A program made the translations under genes and the position numbers. The notes beneath the pieces were generated by a model that did no database searches, had not been told where the DNA came from, and saw nothing but the letters and a program-made list of their open reading frames with translations. Of a DNA stretch of 64,000 bases, positions 13,460-64,000 are shown in pieces; position 1 is the first letter of the stretch, and each line of letters begins with the position of its first letter. Origin of the DNA: Carcharhinus longimanus (taxonomy: Eukaryota); NCBI GenBank assembly GCA_030264375.1, contig JASCQW010000099.1, forward strand, positions 55,576,685 through 55,640,684. The letters run 5' to 3'.

Positions 13460-14007
13460 GAAAACAGGAGCACAAATAGGGACAGACAAATATGCAATGT
13501 AAAACTAGCTTTCACCACAAACAGCTAGTGCTATGTATTTCATCTCCACATTCCCACCTCAGAAGTCTTTTGCTCTCGTTGAATAGTTCAGATTTTGTCA
13601 AAACTACTATTTCCAGTTTGAGGTGGGGTATGGTAATTCTGCATGTGTCATATGAAATGTCTTGTGTTTTTGTAATATCTGCCTTAAAATCGGGAATTAA
13701 ATTTGGATTATATTTTTACGGCTGCTATTGTACAGACAGAAGAATAATTTACAAAGATAATTGTTCGCCCAACCACAAGTTAATTTCCAGTTTTCCCTGA
13801 CAGAGGAACTGAATGTTTCTACATTTCCTTTTTTGAATAGCAAATATTTCCAAGTTATATGTACTTATTATATAATCATGGCGGAAGTCAACATTGATTA
13901 GGAAACAATGTATGGGGTAACCAGTTAATGAAACTTAATGGGGCTCCAAAAATGGTTCTGTTGCTTGTTATATAATAAGTTAGTAAGGAATTGTGGGATT
14001 TATGTGT

Positions 14008-14076
14008 AATAAACATTTGTATACACAAAGGTTTTCTGGATTTAAGAAATATTTTTGTCCTTCACATAGAAATAAA
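14008..14076 (+). terminator. Candidate IARS2 polyadenylation signals
   Basis: AATAAA at 14008-14013 and 14071-14076, about 550-610 nt after the stop. Confidence 0.55.
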
Positions 14077-14807
14077 AGCAATAGCATGCTTGGAAATTAC
14101 ATTTAGTGCACAATTATGTTAAATTTGTTATCAGGATCAGAGTCTGACCACTTATGGATTGGACATACCCCAGCTTTAGATAACTGTGGGTTCTATATTC
14201 AAGCAACTATGGTTCTTGTATCTGTTGTGTGTAAGTGGTAGGATTGCATTCCAAGAATGTCTGTTAAATAAGTTGTACAAATAGTTAGTGTGGTTTCCAA
14301 AGAGATTATTGTACGTAGGTAAGTTAGACAACAAAAAAAATCCATTTAGTTTGCCTTCTACCATCCTGGTAGGTACATGCTAGAACAATAATGAAATTGT
14401 TGGCTAATCTTGACAATTGATGTTAACAATTATTCCATAATAGATTTGGGCACAAGAGGTGAGAAAACCTCTTGGTGCTGGAAAGTTTTGGGATCATTCT
14501 ACTGTGTTGCAAAACATTCTGTAAGAAATCCAACATTCATTTTAACTAATGAACATCATCTGCACCCACTGTCTCCAACAGCAATAGTTCCAAAAATCTG
14601 GCAGTCACAAATTATCTTTCTATTGATCAACTCATAGCTGTTTGGTTCCAGTTCCTGAACACAGCAATGATACCGTTCAACCTTCTTTTCCAGAGGGAAC
14701 CTACCCAATATAAGATGGTCATAATGCAATCCTTCCATCCCATCAAACTTAAACTTTTGACATTCTCTCTCACCATCATGAAATTGATTAATTTAGTGAA
14801 AAATAAT

Positions 14808-14926
14808 GGCCAGAATTTTATCTTCCACCCCGCCATGGGAATTGGAGCAGGTGAGGGGCAGACCATGGAAAGGTCCATTGACCTCAGGCAGGATTTTACA
14901 GTTCTGGGAACTGTAAAATCCCACCC
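14808..14926. mobile_element. Short Harbinger-like MITE
   Basis: TIRs ggccagaattttat / gtaaaatcccaccc; internal gaccatggaaaggtccattgacctc shared with the 40252 copy. Confidence 0.65.
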
Positions 14927-15652
14927 AGTAACTGGGATTTCAGACACCAGATTTCAATTTAGCCAGAAATGTTCACTCTGCTCTCCAGTTGTGAATTTCC
15001 ACCTATTAAAATAAATTGGAAAGAGTGGACTTGTGTGAACAACTCTAGCTTAATTTTCAGGAAATTAACAAATGCATCTGTCAAACCATCAAATAGTTTA
15101 GATAGCCTGTTGTCACCAAATATCAATGCTTAATATGATAATTAATTATTTTAAAAAGTCACTAATCTGCTGGAAACTGTGTACCCTTCTGTTAAGATTT
15201 GGTTGACAACTACGCTAAAGCATCTAGTAAATGGTATTCAGTATGTTCTGTTTAATATGCAGTGTTAAATTAGAAATGTGTACTTCCTGAAAGTGATCCT
15301 ATCTTGAGACAGGAATTATTTCTAACCACTGCTAGAAATTAATTTTAAAAAAATGTTCACAGCATCCTGTCAAAAAAAAAACTTTTTAACTCCATGAGCT
15401 GCTACTGAAAATCTTTGTGAGCAGGTCAGTAATCCTGAGACCCCTAATCTGATACGATTACTCCATTGATCCTTGCCTTTAACAAGATCTGATCTAATTT
15501 ATTTTTTTCAGTATCTATACATAATAACTGCAAAGTCAGGCACTACAACTCACTGCTGCAGCTTTGTTTTTTGCTCTAATTTATAGACTGTGCATTTACC
15601 CCATTTCCCTTCAGTTGGACCACGAGTAATAACACTTTCACAGAAATTAATG

Positions 15653-15768
15653 TTTATTTTAAATAAACCAACTCTGTTTTCATCAACAATTTTACTTGTC
15701 ACATACAGGCATTGCACTCCAATTGTTTGTACAAAGAGCAACTCAGTGTGGATTGAAGAGTTTTTATT
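15653..15768 (-). terminator. Candidate RAB3GAP2 polyadenylation signals
   Basis: TTTATT (AATAAA on -) at 15763-15768 and 15653-15658, also 15498-15503. Confidence 0.5.
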
Positions 15769-16493
15769 TGATTAATGAGCAATAATTTACAATATTACAG
15801 TTGGTTTATGCCCACTGATTAGTGTGGAAACGTATCTGACTGTACACATATTATTGGTGTCCGATCACTATTCATTTTGTTACTTATACAAATGCAAAAA
15901 AATTGAGGGAATAAAAACTTTGTCTTTACAATTAACAAAATAAACTCAAATGTTTCCTTTTTTTGTGACAGAAGTTGTGACGTAAGGCTTCATTAAATAG
16001 TCATCTACTCTTGGTAGGACATTTGGGTATTTACTGTTGGAAAAAATATATTGCAATGTTCCTCTATTTTTTTTCAACTCCAACAGTGGGATTAGAAATT
16101 ATAGATGTATGGCCCACACTACATAACTCATTCACTACATAATACCTTGAGATACAGACTTGCTTCAGCTGACATCTAATCTGCATAGCTACAGCAACAC
16201 AGTATGGTTTCTTCTGAGACTGATGCCATCTTTCAGCAGTAAAATGACGTAGCTGAAGCAAAGCTCACTTTTTGTAAACATGGACATGCAAACTGTATAT
16301 GGGCATTAGAATATCACATAATAGAACAGAAACTAAAGAGTCTAACAGAACTCAGGTAACCATCTATAACAATAACCATTTAAGAACATGATTATTCGCA
16401 ACAGAGAATGGTTCATTTACATCAAAATGATCCTAGCTCTTCACAGCTGGTCAAATCTGGAGACCTATGTAAATAAAAATTGGCCAACTCTTG

Positions 16494-61735
<45,242 letters not shown>

Positions 61736-63074
61736 CTAACACAAAAGAGAAAGAAAAGTTATGACACAAATACATGGAAGGATGTTCCATTCTGCACGAA
61801 ACCATAAGGACATACATTGCTCCACTATGTAGCTTCCAGTATGCGTAAATGCGCCCAATACTCCGAGTCTGACTGACGGCCTTAAAATGGTTACCAGCAA
61901 CATTTTTAGCACAGAGAAATATTAATATAGAGGCCTTGGATCCCTACAGAAAAAAAAACAACATGCATACACATTGCACCTGTTTCAGCTGAACAAAATA
62001 AGTGATTGCCATTCGCTGGTTCATTCCTCAATGTCTTGACCACAGTCAAGCTGCCTGGTTTAAATTTTCAAACAATGTTTGACAGTTAACTGTCAATCAC
62101 CATTAACTGATGCATTCTCCATGACAATGCCTCTACGAGAGAACACTTGCCAACCAATCTCATATAGTACAATGTTGTCTGGGTGCAAAATAAAAATCTT
62201 TGACAAAATGGCCAGAATGCTCCGATTTTGTTCACCCCACCATTGCCGCCAGCGAGAACAGAGAATTTAGCACTCATTCAAAACTGCTAATTTTCCCAGC
62301 ACCTCATCTCCTTCTGATAATCAGTAAACCAAGCTGTCTGCAAATACTATTATGCCAAAAACCTTATGAAATGCTGTTACTTTTTCTAAGAATGGATTAT
62401 TTCATTACCTATGCTTGCATGGTCCACTATCATATCAACATCCTGCAGGCCCCATTTCTTGTAAGTTAGTGGTGGAGGTTGAATGCTCTCAGCACCTGAA
62501 GCTGCAGCTGCAAAAATAACATAGAAAGACAGTAAAATATGCTGCTTTGAGGAATATAATGTTATTTATTTTGTACAATAACTCAATTTACTTGTCAGAC
62601 AAGGATTATTATACAATAACAAATCCTGCTGGAGATGCCCTAATTTTCAGTTCTGCATTACTACCAAATGTAATGATACAAGGGAACCCCAAAATAGCAA
62701 ATCCCTCATAAGCTATAGTGGGAGATTCTCCAGAGAGATGGTGTTATTTGGGAGAGCAAACTTAGAGCTTGACTTCTAGCGAAATGAGAGTTGTATAAAA
62801 AGTCTGATTTTAAAAAACACTCTCAGGATATAGACACTGTCAGCACGATTAGAACTTATTTCCCATCTCTAGGTGTCCTTGGGCAGGTGGTGGTGAGCCT
62901 TCTTCTTGAACTGCTACATCTCCATCATGACCTACACTTACTGTTAGGACAAAAACAACAACTAAACAGCTTTCCTCAGTATTGATGGATGGGAAATAAT
63001 TTTATTAACAACTCCTCTGGTTAATTAAGCAAAGATTTTTTTAAAAAGTCACCATAGTCCCCAGTTAATCAAGC

Positions 63075-63272
63075 AAATTTTTTTTTAATGTCACCATAAT
63101 CCCAGATGACCAGACTGCTCTCCCCTTTATGGATCACCACATCTCAGACAAGGGGCAAGGTTGAGAAAACGGATCTTCGTGAATAATCTCAGCCGGTACA
63201 GGAACTGAACTTGCACTATTAGCCTTACTCTGCATCACAAATCAGCTATCCAGCCAACTGAGCTAACCAACC
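63075..63272 (-). mobile_element. tRNA-derived SINE
   Basis: Reverse head ggttagctcagttggctggatagctg..gttcagttcctgtaccggctgag (A and B boxes). Confidence 0.75.
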
Positions 63273-64000
63273 TCCTCCTTGGTTAATCAAACATCCAGAC
63301 TAGGACTCCAGAGTTTGACAACACCTATAGTAGGATCCCCGCATGTGATAGTCAAATTACTACAGTCACCTTGGTCAGGTTTATGAAATCGCACACAACC
63401 TTGCATTCAGAACCTCAAGATATGCTCCTCTCTCATTATCCTACCTAGTCAAGGCATCTTCTCCAAACTTCCATTTTTATCACTCATCTACCAATAATGC
63501 TGACAAATGCCAACTGATCAGGATAGTCTATGCAGTAGTTGTGGCATATTAGAGAACAATTTCCAATCAAACTTTACAAATAAAAATTAGCAAAACTGAA
63601 AAAACACATTGCACCTGGACAAAGTAAATGGATTGTAATGATTTGAAGACAACTTGCACTCCGATTAGAGAAGCTGCATTGTTGCATCATGTCACACAAA
63701 GTTTCTCTTCTGAACATGACAAAATTATTTATAATAATTCATGCCTGCAGCATTTCTATTCCTGGCAGTTTCACAGTCCAATGGACATACCATATTTCAT
63801 GACAGGTGATTTTCCAAATTCAAGACACATCATAAATGAGCTCTGCAAATACTAGAGAGCTACTGTAATATCCAAAGAAACTTACAAATGAAGTACTTGG
63901 GTGAAAATAATATTACTGGGGCAAAAATAATGGATTTCCTCCCTTATAAATCACAAGGTCTTCACTCCAGATTACAATAGCGTGAACATGACATTTGTGT

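Noticed and set aside
61736-64000. SNORA36B/miR-664-like snoRNA known from a human RAB3GAP2 intron
   Set aside because: No similar sequence or convincing H/ACA or C/D structure seen; an Rfam cmscan would settle it.

Overview
AT-rich vertebrate genomic DNA, most likely a shark or other cartilaginous fish, judged from its repeats (HE1/V-SINE-like and Deu-domain SINEs, dense CR1 LINE debris). It holds two convergent spliced genes. The + strand carries the last 8 coding exons of mitochondrial isoleucyl-tRNA synthetase IARS2 (1006-13459; KMSKS motif through the C-terminal zinc finger). The - strand carries the last 26 coding exons of RAB3GAP2 (61735 down to the stop at 16494). Exon phases chain into an intact reading frame for both genes, and the tail-to-tail order matches human 1q41. 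Introns are packed with CR1, L2-like, Rex1/Babar and Vingi-like LINE relics, SINEs, solo LTRs, a hAT element and Harbinger-like MITEs, and there are six assembly gaps. I found no prokaryotic-type system and no convincing RNA gene. The most notable observations are an apparent non-canonical GG splice donor in RAB3GAP2, a V-SINE carrying a Rex1/Babar-type tail with a compensatory stem change, and a Vingi-like LINE relic. Repeat boundaries are approximate, family names come from recalled motifs rather than searches, and exon numbers are inferred by counting back from the last exon.
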